Below are positions 38,401 through 47,746 of a DNA stretch of 64,000 nt, one piece after another (the first letter of the stretch is position 1; the number at the start of each line of letters is the position of its first letter). Location: positions 2,886 to 66,885 of the forward strand of contig JANLHI010000030.1 of assembly GCA_024654525.1 (NCBI GenBank), given 5' to 3'. Origin of the DNA: Patescibacteria group bacterium. GTDB lineage: Bacteria; Patescibacteriota; Minisyncoccia; UBA6257; 2-01-FULL-56-20. The notes under the pieces were generated by a model. The model was not told the DNA's origin and did no database searches. It was given only the letters and a program-made list of their open reading frames with translations. A program made the position numbers and the translations under genes.

Positions 38401-38606
38401 ACTCCGTCCAATGACTGGAGGCGGGATTTTATTACTTCGCACAACACCGGATATCCGAAATTTATCTTCGCAAACCCTTGAGTATGCGGTTCAGGAATTT
38501 TTCACATTTATAATTTAAGGTAAGAAAATTTTTTCTCCCAAATTTTTGTTCCGCTATCGTTGCACAAAAACTTCAAAACAAAAGCTTATCAAAAATACTG
38601 CACAAA

Positions 38607-39389
38607 CTATAATTTTATATCGAGAAGAATCCCAAGGTGATCCGAAAGTTTTTCTCCATGACCAAACACATACCGCCACGTTGCCGTGGCGGTGGGGGGG
38701 ATTCCGCGTCCCAATATATAATCTACTTTAAAATTACTGATAATCGGTGAAAAGAGTATAGGAAAACGATAATGATTTCCGCGCACTGAAGGAACAGTCC
38801 CCGGGGTAAGATCCGTGCTTTTTGTCGCTTTAAGAAAACTTCGCAAGAGAGAGCTTTCGGGAGGAACATTTAAATCCCCGACAATAAATGCGGGGATGTG
38901 GCGAGGTACTTTTCGCACCGCGGTGGACATTTCATAGAGCTGGATTCTTTGAATCCGTGCAATACGATGAATAGGGTGGTAGTCACCGGCATAATTGCAG
39001 GTGAGGTGTGTATGAAAAATGCGAAATGGACGAGGGGTATCAAACGAAATTTCCATCCATCCCTTTTCAACAAGCTTATCGGCAAGTGTAATGCTTGACC
39101 ATCGTCCCACATCGGAAAACTCGTTGAATGTCGCGTTGCTCATTGGAAATTTTGAAAATATGCATAATCCCGCACCTGTGCCGAATATGCCGTTTCTTGG
39201 AATATATCGATGGCGCCACTGTTGCAGTGCAGTACTGAATATACGTTTGTGCCATGGTAAAAATATTTCCTGAAGACATACAATGTCGGGATTAAGAGAC
39301 TGGATATGATGCACGATAAGACGCATTCGTTCGGAAGCGCGAGGTGCTACCAACGGAACGCCGAAGCAATTCAAAGTGAGAAGAGTCAT
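38607..39389 (-). CDS. Endonuclease/exonuclease/phosphatase family protein (sphingomyelinase-like)
   Basis: TLN, DIVCLQE, HTHL, GDLN, VDYI, SDH. Confidence 0.9.
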   Translation of the reverse strand: MTLLTLNCFGVPLVAPRASERMRLIVHHIQSLNPDIVCLQEIFLPWHKRIFSTALQQWRHRYIPRNGIFGTGAGLCIFSKFPMSNATFNEFSDVGRWSSITLADKLVEKGWMEISFDTPRPFRIFHTHLTCNYAGDYHPIHRIARIQRIQLYEMSTAVRKVPRHIPAFIVGDLNVPPESSLLRSFLKATKSTDLTPGTVPSVRGNHYRFPILFSPIISNFKVDYILGRGIPPTATATWRYVFGHGEKLSDHLGILLDIKL

Positions 39390-39556
39390 GATATGACTAA
39401 TGATTCATCGCTGATAACCTAAACCAATGCAATTATTACTATGGATATATCATAACAAATTGCCATGTGTCATGGGCTTGCATGTGGGGCTTGCGTTGCA
39501 TCTATAATGAGGGGTACCATAAGACAAAAGGTCTTAAATAAACTAGAATTTTTACT

Positions 39557-40711
39557 ATGAACAGTTCGGCAAGAATAGTGTTGGGGTTGGTTATTATTGT
39601 AGCGGTGGTGGCGGGAGTATTCGCGTTTCTTCAGGCGCCTCAGACTGCACATGGTCCCACGGAATCACCTGCGGGAAATGTATCGCCGATTACCATTGGA
39701 TTTATTGCTCCGCTTACGGGGGATGGAGCAGCTTTGGGACAAAATGAGAAAGTGGCAGTGGAGCTTGCAGTCAGTGAAGTGAACATGGCGGGAGGTATTG
39801 GAGGTAGGCCACTCAATGTGATTTATGAGGATGGGCAATGTACGGGGAAAGTCGCGTCAAATGCGGCGAATAAGCTGATAAATGTGGATAACGTACCGGT
39901 GATATTGGGTGGGCTTTGTTCGGGTGAGACAATGTCGTTTGCTGCAGCAGCGGAACAGGCAAAACGCGTAGTGTTGTCTCCTTGTTCATCGGCGCCCGCT
40001 ATTACAGATGCGGGGGATTATATTTTTCGGGATTATCCATCAGATCTTTTCCAAGGGGCGTTTGGGGCAAAGTATGTGTACGAACAACTTGGGAAACGGA
40101 AAGCTGCAATTGTATATGTGAAGAGCGATTATGGTGTTGGGCTTGATAAAGTGTTTCGGGAAGAGTTCACAAATCTTGGAGGTACGATTGTTGCGGATGA
40201 GGGATATGATCAAGCGGCGCGCGATCTTCGTACGCAACTCACAAAAGTGAAAGCGTCGAATCCCGATATTGTATATTTTGTGGGATATACCGAAGGATCC
40301 ACCGTGGGTTTAAAGCAGGCTGCAGATCTTAATCTTGGGGTATCGATGTTTGGTGCGGACGGATGGGGTGATCCAAAATTATGGACAGATGTAGGTGTAG
40401 CGGGAGAAGGGGCAATGTATACGACGGTGTCTGCGCCTCTTTCCGATGATTTCAAAGCAAAGATGAAGGAAAAAACAGGAAGCGAAGAAGTGCTTACTTG
40501 CAGTCCCGGTGCATATGATGGTATTAAGATTCTTGCGCAGGTGATGTCAAAAGTAGGAACTGATCCGACAGCGATTAAGGATGAACTCTATAAAGTGGAG
40601 TATATAGGAGGAGTGTCTGCGGCGCGCGTGGCGTTTGATGAGAATGGCGATCCTGCAGAGGCAAGTTTTGCGGTTAAAGTGGTAAAAGATGGTAAAGCAG
40701 TGATTCGATAA
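39557..40711 (+). CDS. livK: Branched-chain amino acid ABC transporter substrate-binding protein
   Basis: IGFIAPLTG, GGIGGRP...ED, DYG; N-terminal TM anchor. Confidence 0.88.
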   Translation: MNSSARIVLGLVIIVAVVAGVFAFLQAPQTAHGPTESPAGNVSPITIGFIAPLTGDGAALGQNEKVAVELAVSEVNMAGGIGGRPLNVIYEDGQCTGKVASNAANKLINVDNVPVILGGLCSGETMSFAAAAEQAKRVVLSPCSSAPAITDAGDYIFRDYPSDLFQGAFGAKYVYEQLGKRKAAIVYVKSDYGVGLDKVFREEFTNLGGTIVADEGYDQAARDLRTQLTKVKASNPDIVYFVGYTEGSTVGLKQAADLNLGVSMFGADGWGDPKLWTDVGVAGEGAMYTTVSAPLSDDFKAKMKEKTGSEEVLTCSPGAYDGIKILAQVMSKVGTDPTAIKDELYKVEYIGGVSAARVAFDENGDPAEASFAVKVVKDGKAVIR

Positions 40712-40733
40712 TTTTTAGCTTCTTGCATAGAGC

Positions 40734-40769
40734 GAGCAAAAACTCCGAGTATGGAGTTTTTGCTTTTTC
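40734..40769 (+). terminator. Intrinsic terminator / stabiliser hairpin after livK
   Basis: AGCAAAAACTCC-gagtat-GGAGTTTTTGCT followed by Ts. Confidence 0.7.
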
Positions 40770-40827
40770 TAGGCAGAAGTCGCTACAATACTCTCGAGTG
40801 TGAGAAATGTATATTTGCAATCATTTT

Positions 40828-41694
40828 ATGGAAATCTTTGCACAACTTGTAGCCAACAGCGTTATCGCAGGGGCGACATATACCATCCTCACGTTGGGTT
40901 TTAACCTTATCTACGGCGCGACGAGATTTACGAATATGGCGTATGGCGTAGTAGCTGCTACGGGAGGCTACGCCTTCTTTTTTCTTACGCGTACCGTAGG
41001 ATTGCCAATGATTCCCAGTATCATTGCGGGTGCTTTGTTTTCGGGTGTAGTGGGGGTACTTACTGATCGATTGATATTTTCTCCTTTACGGAAGAAGAAT
41101 GTGAGACCTTCGGTACATGTAATTGCTTCGCTTGGCGCGTTTGTGGCTATTCAAGCTCTTCTCTCGATTTTTTTTGGTGCGGAATTTTGGACATTGCTTC
41201 CTTCGGGTACGGTCCGTGTATTTGATGTAGCGGGAGCTTCCGTAACTGAAGTGCAATGGTGGATTATGGGCATTGCCGCGGCAGTGAGCGGATTATTGTT
41301 TGTAGTTCTCCGTTTTACACTTTTCGGAAAAGTAGTACGAGCACTCTCTGATGATGAAGAAGTAGGGAAAATGCTTGGTATTAATACCGACCGAACAATC
41401 GGCATAGTTTTTTTTATTGGTTCCATGATTGCGGGACTTGGAGGAATTCTTGTGGGGTTTGATACGGGTATTCAGCCGACAATGGGACTTTTCATTCTTA
41501 TTGAAGCGGCAGTCCCTTCTATTATTGGAGGTATCGGTAATCTTGCAGGTGGTGTGATTGCGGCATTTCTGTTTGGGTTTGTTGAGAATTTCGGTATTTG
41601 GTTTATTGCAAGTCAATGGAAAGCCGCGATTGCATTTGGATTGCTTACGCTGTTCCTTATTTTTAAACCGGAGGGGATAATGGGAAAAAAATGA
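40828..41694 (+). CDS. livH: BCAA ABC transporter permease
   Basis: LGFNLIYG...NMAYG; GKVVRA; IIGGIG; KPEGIMG. Confidence 0.9.
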   Translation: MEIFAQLVANSVIAGATYTILTLGFNLIYGATRFTNMAYGVVAATGGYAFFFLTRTVGLPMIPSIIAGALFSGVVGVLTDRLIFSPLRKKNVRPSVHVIASLGAFVAIQALLSIFFGAEFWTLLPSGTVRVFDVAGASVTEVQWWIMGIAAAVSGLLFVVLRFTLFGKVVRALSDDEEVGKMLGINTDRTIGIVFFIGSMIAGLGGILVGFDTGIQPTMGLFILIEAAVPSIIGGIGNLAGGVIAAFLFGFVENFGIWFIASQWKAAIAFGLLTLFLIFKPEGIMGKK

Positions 41695-42557
41695 ATTATA
41701 TTCTTCATCTCGGTACTTTTTTTGGGATTTACGCAATACTGGGGATCAGTTTAAATCTACTTGTTGGAGGTACGGGACTTATTTGGATTGCGCATGCGGC
41801 GATTTTTGGTCTTGGCGCGTATGTGCTTGCACTTCTTATGACAAAGGTTGCTTTGAACTTTTTCCTCGCGGCGTTTTTAGGAATGTGTATCGCGGGAATA
41901 GTGGGGTGTATCGCGGCGTGGGTGTTTGCTCGGCTTAGCGGAGACTATTACATGCTTGCAAGTGTGGCGTTTAACTACATCATAGTGAGTGTGTTTATAA
42001 ACTGGGAGAGTCTCACGAACGGTCCTCTTGGAATTTCAGGTATTTCAAGACCTTCTCTTTTTGGAATTTCTTTTGCGGGTAATGAATCCTTTTTTGCATT
42101 AACGTTTCTTTTTCTTGGGCTTGTATATGTTTCTGCGCGGTTGATTATGCATTCATCGTTTGGAAGGGTTATAAAAGCAATTCGCGAAGATGAAGAAGCA
42201 ATACGTGTATTCGGATATCACACTCTCTTGTATAAGATTATGATTTCCGGGATCGCCGCAGCGATGGCGGCGCTTGCCGGAGCTCTTTTTGCTTCATATA
42301 TTGCATTTATAGACCCTTCTAATTTCCATGTTATGGAATCGATATTTATTTTAGGAATAGTGGTTGTGGGTGGGTTTGCGAGTATCCGCGGCTCATTGCT
42401 GGGAGCTTTAATACTTGTGCTTTTGCCGGAAGTTCTTCGCTTTGCAGGGTTTCCACAAGATATTTCCGCACACATGCAACAACTTGTGTATGGAATAGTG
42501 TTGATATTGTTTATGCTCTATCGTCCGCAAGGGTTAATAGGGGAATATAAGTTTTAA
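41691..42557 (+). CDS. livM: BCAA ABC transporter permease
   Basis: SLNLLVG, LTNGPLG, AIREDE, RPQGLIG. Confidence 0.9.
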   Translation: MNYILHLGTFFGIYAILGISLNLLVGGTGLIWIAHAAIFGLGAYVLALLMTKVALNFFLAAFLGMCIAGIVGCIAAWVFARLSGDYYMLASVAFNYIIVSVFINWESLTNGPLGISGISRPSLFGISFAGNESFFALTFLFLGLVYVSARLIMHSSFGRVIKAIREDEEAIRVFGYHTLLYKIMISGIAAAMAALAGALFASYIAFIDPSNFHVMESIFILGIVVVGGFASIRGSLLGALILVLLPEVLRFAGFPQDISAHMQQLVYGIVLILFMLYRPQGLIGEYKF

Positions 42558-42560
42558 TAA

Positions 42561-43319
42561 TTGATGACCATGACACACAATAAAGATATGACAATACTTG
42601 AGATTAAAAATTTGCAAAAGCACTTCGGGGGTGTGTATGCGGTAGATGGACTTTCCTTGAAAATTGAGAAGGGGAGGATTACTGCACTTGTGGGCCCGAA
42701 CGGATCGGGGAAAAGTACGCTTATCAATGTACTTACGGGATTACTTCCCATTGACGGTGGTGTGGTTGCGGTGCGCGGTGCAGAGCTTCAATATATTGTG
42801 TCACAGAAAATTCCCGACTATGGTATTACGAGGACGTTCCAAAATGTACGGCTTTTTGAGCAGATGCCGGTGCTCGACAATATTCTTCTTATACTTACCG
42901 AACGGAATGTATTTGGGGCGTTGTTTGAGCGGCACGGGGAATCTCACCTCAAAAAAGCAGAGGAGGTATTGAGGCTTGTGGGGCTATGGGAAAAACGGAG
43001 TGAACTTGCGATAAATCTTTCCTATGGACAGCGCAAACTTCTTGAAATAGGGAGGGCGTATGCAATGAATTCAGATATTTATCTTTTTGATGAACCATTT
43101 TCGGGGCTCTTTCCTGCGATGGTAAAAACCGTAGAAGAGGTATTCCATGCTTTGAAAGCTTCGGGGAAAACAATCATTCTTGTAGAGCACGACATGGGAT
43201 TAATTCGCCGACTTACGGATTATGTGTTTGTATTGGATTCAGGAAAACTGCTTGCGGAAGGAATTCCTGACGAAGTGCTTGGGAGAAAAGAAGTAGTAGA
43301 GGCATATTTAGGAGAATAA
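42561..43319 (+). CDS. livG: BCAA ABC transporter ATPase
   Basis: GPNGSGKST, RTFQ, LSYGQ, DEP, EAYLG. Confidence 0.92.
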   Translation: MMTMTHNKDMTILEIKNLQKHFGGVYAVDGLSLKIEKGRITALVGPNGSGKSTLINVLTGLLPIDGGVVAVRGAELQYIVSQKIPDYGITRTFQNVRLFEQMPVLDNILLILTERNVFGALFERHGESHLKKAEEVLRLVGLWEKRSELAINLSYGQRKLLEIGRAYAMNSDIYLFDEPFSGLFPAMVKTVEEVFHALKASGKTIILVEHDMGLIRRLTDYVFVLDSGKLLAEGIPDEVLGRKEVVEAYLGE

Positions 43320-43377
43320 CGCGCTATAAAATATGAATCATGCGTAATTCTTAATTCGTTATTCATAATCCAAACAC

Positions 43378-44097
43378 ATGAAAGATATTTTACTTGAAGT
43401 TGAAGATATCCATGTTCACTATGGTGGCGTGAAAGCGCTTGATGGTGCGAGTATTATGATTGACGAGGGAGAGGTGATAGCGCTTATGGGGCCGAACGGG
43501 GCGGGAAAGTCCACTATCCTCAAGGCGATATTCGGACTTGCGCCGATTGAGAAGGGAGAAGTGCGTTGGCACGGCGCACCAATCAGGCCGGTGCCACATG
43601 AGATTGTGGCTCGCGGAATTTCTTTCGTGCCACAAGGAAGACGGGTATTTTCCGGATTAAGCGTTGAAGAAAACTTGGAAGTGGGAGGATTTCTTGTGAG
43701 GGATAAAAAAGAGCGTGCAAGGCGCATTGCGGAAGTAATGGATTTTTTTCCTGTGTTGAAGCATAAACGAAAACATGGCGCAGGGATGCTCTCCGGCGGC
43801 GAACAACAAATGCTCGCGATTGCTCGCGGGATGATTACCGACCCAAAAGTACTTTTGCTTGATGAGCCTTCTCTCGGACTTGCCCCGAAAATCGTAAAAG
43901 AAGTATTCGCAAAGATTAAAGAAATCAGCGAGCGGCACAAAACGGCAATTGTGATTGTGGAACATAATCTCGTTTCACTTCTTTCAATTGCGAGTCGCGC
44001 GTATGTGCTCGATAAAGGAAAAGTGGTGGCGGAAGGTGACTCAAAGAAAATAGTGGAAAGCGGGATACTAGAAAGGGTTTTTTTGGGTGGGGTTTGA
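43378..44097 (+). CDS. livF: BCAA ABC transporter ATPase
   Basis: GPNGAGKST, LSGGEQQMLA, LDEPSLGLAP. Confidence 0.93.
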   Translation: MKDILLEVEDIHVHYGGVKALDGASIMIDEGEVIALMGPNGAGKSTILKAIFGLAPIEKGEVRWHGAPIRPVPHEIVARGISFVPQGRRVFSGLSVEENLEVGGFLVRDKKERARRIAEVMDFFPVLKHKRKHGAGMLSGGEQQMLAIARGMITDPKVLLLDEPSLGLAPKIVKEVFAKIKEISERHKTAIVIVEHNLVSLLSIASRAYVLDKGKVVAEGDSKKIVESGILERVFLGGV

Positions 44098-44204
44098 GTA
44101 TTTTTATATGCTTGTGGATAGCTTAAATATTTTCCTTTAAGAAGCCTTTAAAAATAAGGCTTCTTTTTGTTTTGTGGTGCTATTTTCGGTATTTTGACAA
44201 TATA

Positions 44205-44292
44205 GAGAAGTGGCATAGAATTGAATGAAAGTGGGGGAAAGTGGATAATCTTGTGGATAACTGCCCATTTTAAGACCTTTCTGGGGATAACA
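44205..44292 (+). promoter_or_regulatory. mraZ operator region with GTGG repeats and a DnaA-box-like TGTGGATAA
   Basis: AAGTGG, GTGGGG, GTGGAT, GTGGAT repeats at roughly 10-12 nt spacing upstream of mraZ. Confidence 0.6.
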
Positions 44293-44317
44293 TTTGTTTC
44301 TCAATACTTATTTTTCA

Positions 44318-44749
44318 ATGCTTCTTGGCGAATATAACCACACGTTAGATGTAAAAGGTCGAGTGGCAATACCCTCTAAATTCAAGGACGCGCTTGGAAC
44401 GGGAGCCATTATCACGCGTGGGTTAGATAATTGTTTGTTTTTGTTTGCGGCGAAAGAATGGGATGTGCTGGCGCAGAAGCTTGTGGCGCTTCCATTGGCG
44501 CAGGCGAACTCGCGTGCATTTGTTCGTTTGATGCTTGCCGGTGCGATGGATGCCTCATTTGATGGTCAGGGAAGAATTTTGATTCCCGATTATCTTCGAA
44601 AATATGCTGACCTTTCGAAGGATGTTACGTTCGCGGGGTTGTACAGCAGAGCGGAAATTTGGGACAGCGCTCGTTGGGTGGAATATAAACGCAAAACCGA
44701 AGGTGCATCGGAAGAAATTGCGGAAAAGTTGGGAGAGTTGGGCATTTGA
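44318..44749 (+). CDS. mraZ: Transcriptional regulator MraZ
   Basis: DVKGRVAIP and DGQGRILIP repeats. Confidence 0.95.
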   Translation: MLLGEYNHTLDVKGRVAIPSKFKDALGTGAIITRGLDNCLFLFAAKEWDVLAQKLVALPLAQANSRAFVRLMLAGAMDASFDGQGRILIPDYLRKYADLSKDVTFAGLYSRAEIWDSARWVEYKRKTEGASEEIAEKLGELGI

Positions 44750-44810
44750 AATGTAAAACTCAAAAATCTAATCAAATTTTATTTTGATATTTACATTTTG
44801 AACTTTCTCC

Positions 44811-45698
44811 ATGCATATTCCTGTTCTTTTAGAAGAAATTGTACAAATTCTTAAATGTGAGCCCGGAGACTTTTTCATCGATGGCACGATAAACGGAGGG
44901 GGGCATGCGGATGTCGTTCTTCAGAAAATCGGGGTACAGGGGAAGTTACTGGGAATTGACTGGGACGAACAGGTGCTTGCAAAGGGGAGGGCACGGATAG
45001 GATCGAACGGTAATGTAATTCTTGTGCACGGGAATTATGCGGATATTCCCAAAATTCTCGAGGATAACAGATTGCCAAAGGCGGACGCATTGCTTCTTGA
45101 TCTCGGGTTTTCTTCCGAACAAATGAATACATCGGGGAAAGGATTCAGTTTTTCGAGTGATGAACCTCTTGTGATGACGTATGACGCTGACAGTGAATCG
45201 GTAGCGGATATCTTACGGCGAATAGACGAGAAAGAGCTTGTCCGTGTAATTCGGGATTACGGAGAAGAGAGATATGCGCCGGAGATTGCACATGCGATTG
45301 TGCGTCATGAGAAAAAGTCGCCGATCACTTCTTCTTCCGAGCTTGCAGAAATTATACGTGGTGCGGTGTCTCCCGGATATGAAAGAGGGAGAATACATCC
45401 CGCAACGAGGACATTCCAGGCACTCCGTATTTATGCAAATAAAGAACTTGAGAATCTTCAATGTGTGATTCGAGAATTGCCGAATATAGTGCGTGTAGGC
45501 GGGCGTGCGGTAATTATTTCCTTCCATTCGCTTGAAGACAGGATAGTGAAGAATATGTTTCGGGACATGGCGAAAGAGGGGAAATTCTCGATTCTCACAA
45601 AAAAAGCGTTGGTTGCTTCTCATAAAGAGATTTCACGGAATCCTCGAAGCCGATCGGCAAAAATGAGAGCAGTGGAAATATGCGTAAATGACGAATAA
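44811..45698 (+). CDS. rsmH: 16S rRNA m4C1402 methyltransferase
   Basis: HIPVL, HPATRTFQALRI, SFHSLED, NPRSRSAK. Confidence 0.97.
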   Translation: MHIPVLLEEIVQILKCEPGDFFIDGTINGGGHADVVLQKIGVQGKLLGIDWDEQVLAKGRARIGSNGNVILVHGNYADIPKILEDNRLPKADALLLDLGFSSEQMNTSGKGFSFSSDEPLVMTYDADSESVADILRRIDEKELVRVIRDYGEERYAPEIAHAIVRHEKKSPITSSSELAEIIRGAVSPGYERGRIHPATRTFQALRIYANKELENLQCVIRELPNIVRVGGRAVIISFHSLEDRIVKNMFRDMAKEGKFSILTKKALVASHKEISRNPRSRSAKMRAVEICVNDE

Positions 45699-45775
45699 GA
45701 AATTACGAATTATGGATAAGCTCATATTTAAATTCTTTTATTCCTAATTCCTAATTTTTAATTCAAAACCATACT

Positions 45776-46093
45776 ATGACTTTTATAAAACCAAACAACA
45801 AAAAAAATATATTAAATGTGATGCTGGTATGTATGGTGTGTGTATTAGTGGTGAGCGCAATAGGATTGGTTTTCGTATATAATAGATTTGCAGATATTGA
45901 TCGTGATCTCCGCGCTTCAAAAGAAGAATTCCAAAAACTTGAAGCAAAGAATGCAAAATTAAGAAGTGATCTCCTTTCTCTTTTTGACAGTGCGCGACTC
46001 GCGACGTTTGCAAGTGCATATTCTTTGGTGCGGGAAAAGAATCCCGCGTATATAGAAACTGATACGCAATGGCAATTCGCTTCTGGTTGGTAA
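45776..46093 (+). CDS. FtsL-like cell division protein
   Basis: One TM plus coiled coil, between rsmH and the PBP gene. Confidence 0.65.
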   Translation: MTFIKPNNKKNILNVMLVCMVCVLVVSAIGLVFVYNRFADIDRDLRASKEEFQKLEAKNAKLRSDLLSLFDSARLATFASAYSLVREKNPAYIETDTQWQFASGW

Positions 46094-47715
46094 TTATCGG
46101 AGTATTTATTGGCTACCTCGGCCTTTTGGGAAGGTTGTATGATCTTCAGCTTGTACGCGGAGGCCAATTTCTTGCGCGAGCGCAATCTCAATATCGCGCT
46201 GCATTGTCGCTCGATGCTCCGCGCGGGCTCATTTACTTTACCGATAAGGATGGTGCACATGTTCCGGTCGCATTAAATGAAGACTATCCTTTAATATTTG
46301 CGGTTCCGAAGGTAATTGAGGATGCGGACGAAGCGGCGCATATGCTTGCAAGAGTGGTTAATATTCCCGTTGATGAACTTTTTAAGAAATTTTCTAATAA
46401 AGATAGCTTATATGTATTGCTTGATAAACGTGCCGATGCGGAAATGGTCAATGCGATTCAGGCACTTAATCTTGCCGGTGTATATGTCGATTTTGCGCCG
46501 GGACGACTGTATCCGAATGGTGCAATGGCGGCGCACGTGCTGGGCTTTGTAAGTCCCGATGATGACGGGCGTGAAGCGCATGGAAGATATGGAGTTGAAA
46601 AGCAATATGACGATGTTTTGCGGGGCATTGCGGGTGTTGTAGATGGAAAAAATTTTTCTGAACCGGAAGCGGGAAACAATATAATACTCACGATTGACCC
46701 GACTCTTCAGCTTGAAGCGGAAAGAGTTTTGAAAGACATTATTGCTGAATATCGTGCGCCCGGTGGGAGTGTTATAGTGGGAGATCCCAATACCGGAAAA
46801 ATTCTTGCAATGGGAAGTTATCCTTCGTTTAACCCCAGTACCTACGGATCTTCTCCGCTTTCGAATTTTCCGAATCCTTTACTTGAGATGATATACGAGC
46901 CGGGATCGGTGCTTAAAGTGGTTACTATGGCGGGTGCGATAGATGCGGGAAAAATTACTCCCGATACGATATATTTCGATCATGGGAAGATTTCCATGAA
47001 CGGATATACTATCAAGAATTTTGATTATGATGTGCGCGGTGGACATGGAGAAGTCTCTATGACGTATGTTATAGAGCATTCGCTCAATACTGGTGCGGTG
47101 TTCGCGCAACAACAGCTTGGGAATGCTTCCTTCCTTTCGTATCTCCAGCGATTTGGACTTGGGGACAAGACGGGAATTACGCTTCCCGGAGAGGTAAGGG
47201 GAAGTTTAAGACCTTTGGAGCAGAGAAGTGTCCGGGATATTGCATTTGCCACTGCGTCGTACGGGCAGGGAATCGCGGTGACTCCGATTGAACTTATTCA
47301 GGCGGTTGGTGCGATTGCAAACGGAGGGAAGTTGATGAAGCCGTTTATTGATGCGAATAAAAGTCCGGAAATTGTACGTCGTGTAGTGAGTGAGGATGCC
47401 GCAAAACAAGTAACACAAATGATGATTTCGGGTATTGATAGGGCGGGAGTTGCGAAGATAAGCGGATATTCTCTTGCAGGAAAAACGGGAACAGCTTTTG
47501 TTCCTGATTTTAAGAATGGAGGTTATACAGAGAACGTAGTCAATACCTATGTGGGATTTGGTCCCGCAAGTAACCCTCGATTTATAATTTTATTGAAATT
47601 GAACCAGCCTCCGGATGCGCCTCTTGCCGGATATTCGGTGGTTCCGGCATTTCGGAATCTTGCTCAATTTATTCTTAATTATTATAATATCCCGCCGGAC
47701 AGGATTTCCGAATAA
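46069..47715 (+). CDS. ftsI: Class B penicillin-binding protein
   Basis: RG.I, R.YP, EPGSVLK, SLN, KTGT. Confidence 0.9.
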   Translation: MAIRFWLVIIGVFIGYLGLLGRLYDLQLVRGGQFLARAQSQYRAALSLDAPRGLIYFTDKDGAHVPVALNEDYPLIFAVPKVIEDADEAAHMLARVVNIPVDELFKKFSNKDSLYVLLDKRADAEMVNAIQALNLAGVYVDFAPGRLYPNGAMAAHVLGFVSPDDDGREAHGRYGVEKQYDDVLRGIAGVVDGKNFSEPEAGNNIILTIDPTLQLEAERVLKDIIAEYRAPGGSVIVGDPNTGKILAMGSYPSFNPSTYGSSPLSNFPNPLLEMIYEPGSVLKVVTMAGAIDAGKITPDTIYFDHGKISMNGYTIKNFDYDVRGGHGEVSMTYVIEHSLNTGAVFAQQQLGNASFLSYLQRFGLGDKTGITLPGEVRGSLRPLEQRSVRDIAFATASYGQGIAVTPIELIQAVGAIANGGKLMKPFIDANKSPEIVRRVVSEDAAKQVTQMMISGIDRAGVAKISGYSLAGKTGTAFVPDFKNGGYTENVVNTYVGFGPASNPRFIILLKLNQPPDAPLAGYSVVPAFRNLAQFILNYYNIPPDRISE

Positions 47716-47746
47716 AGGATATGACTACAGTAGTAATTGATTATCA

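Noticed and set aside
44110-44292. Replication origin suggested by DnaA-box-like sequences
   Set aside because: Few boxes, no dnaA/dnaN nearby, and the GTGG repeats are explained as the MraZ operator.
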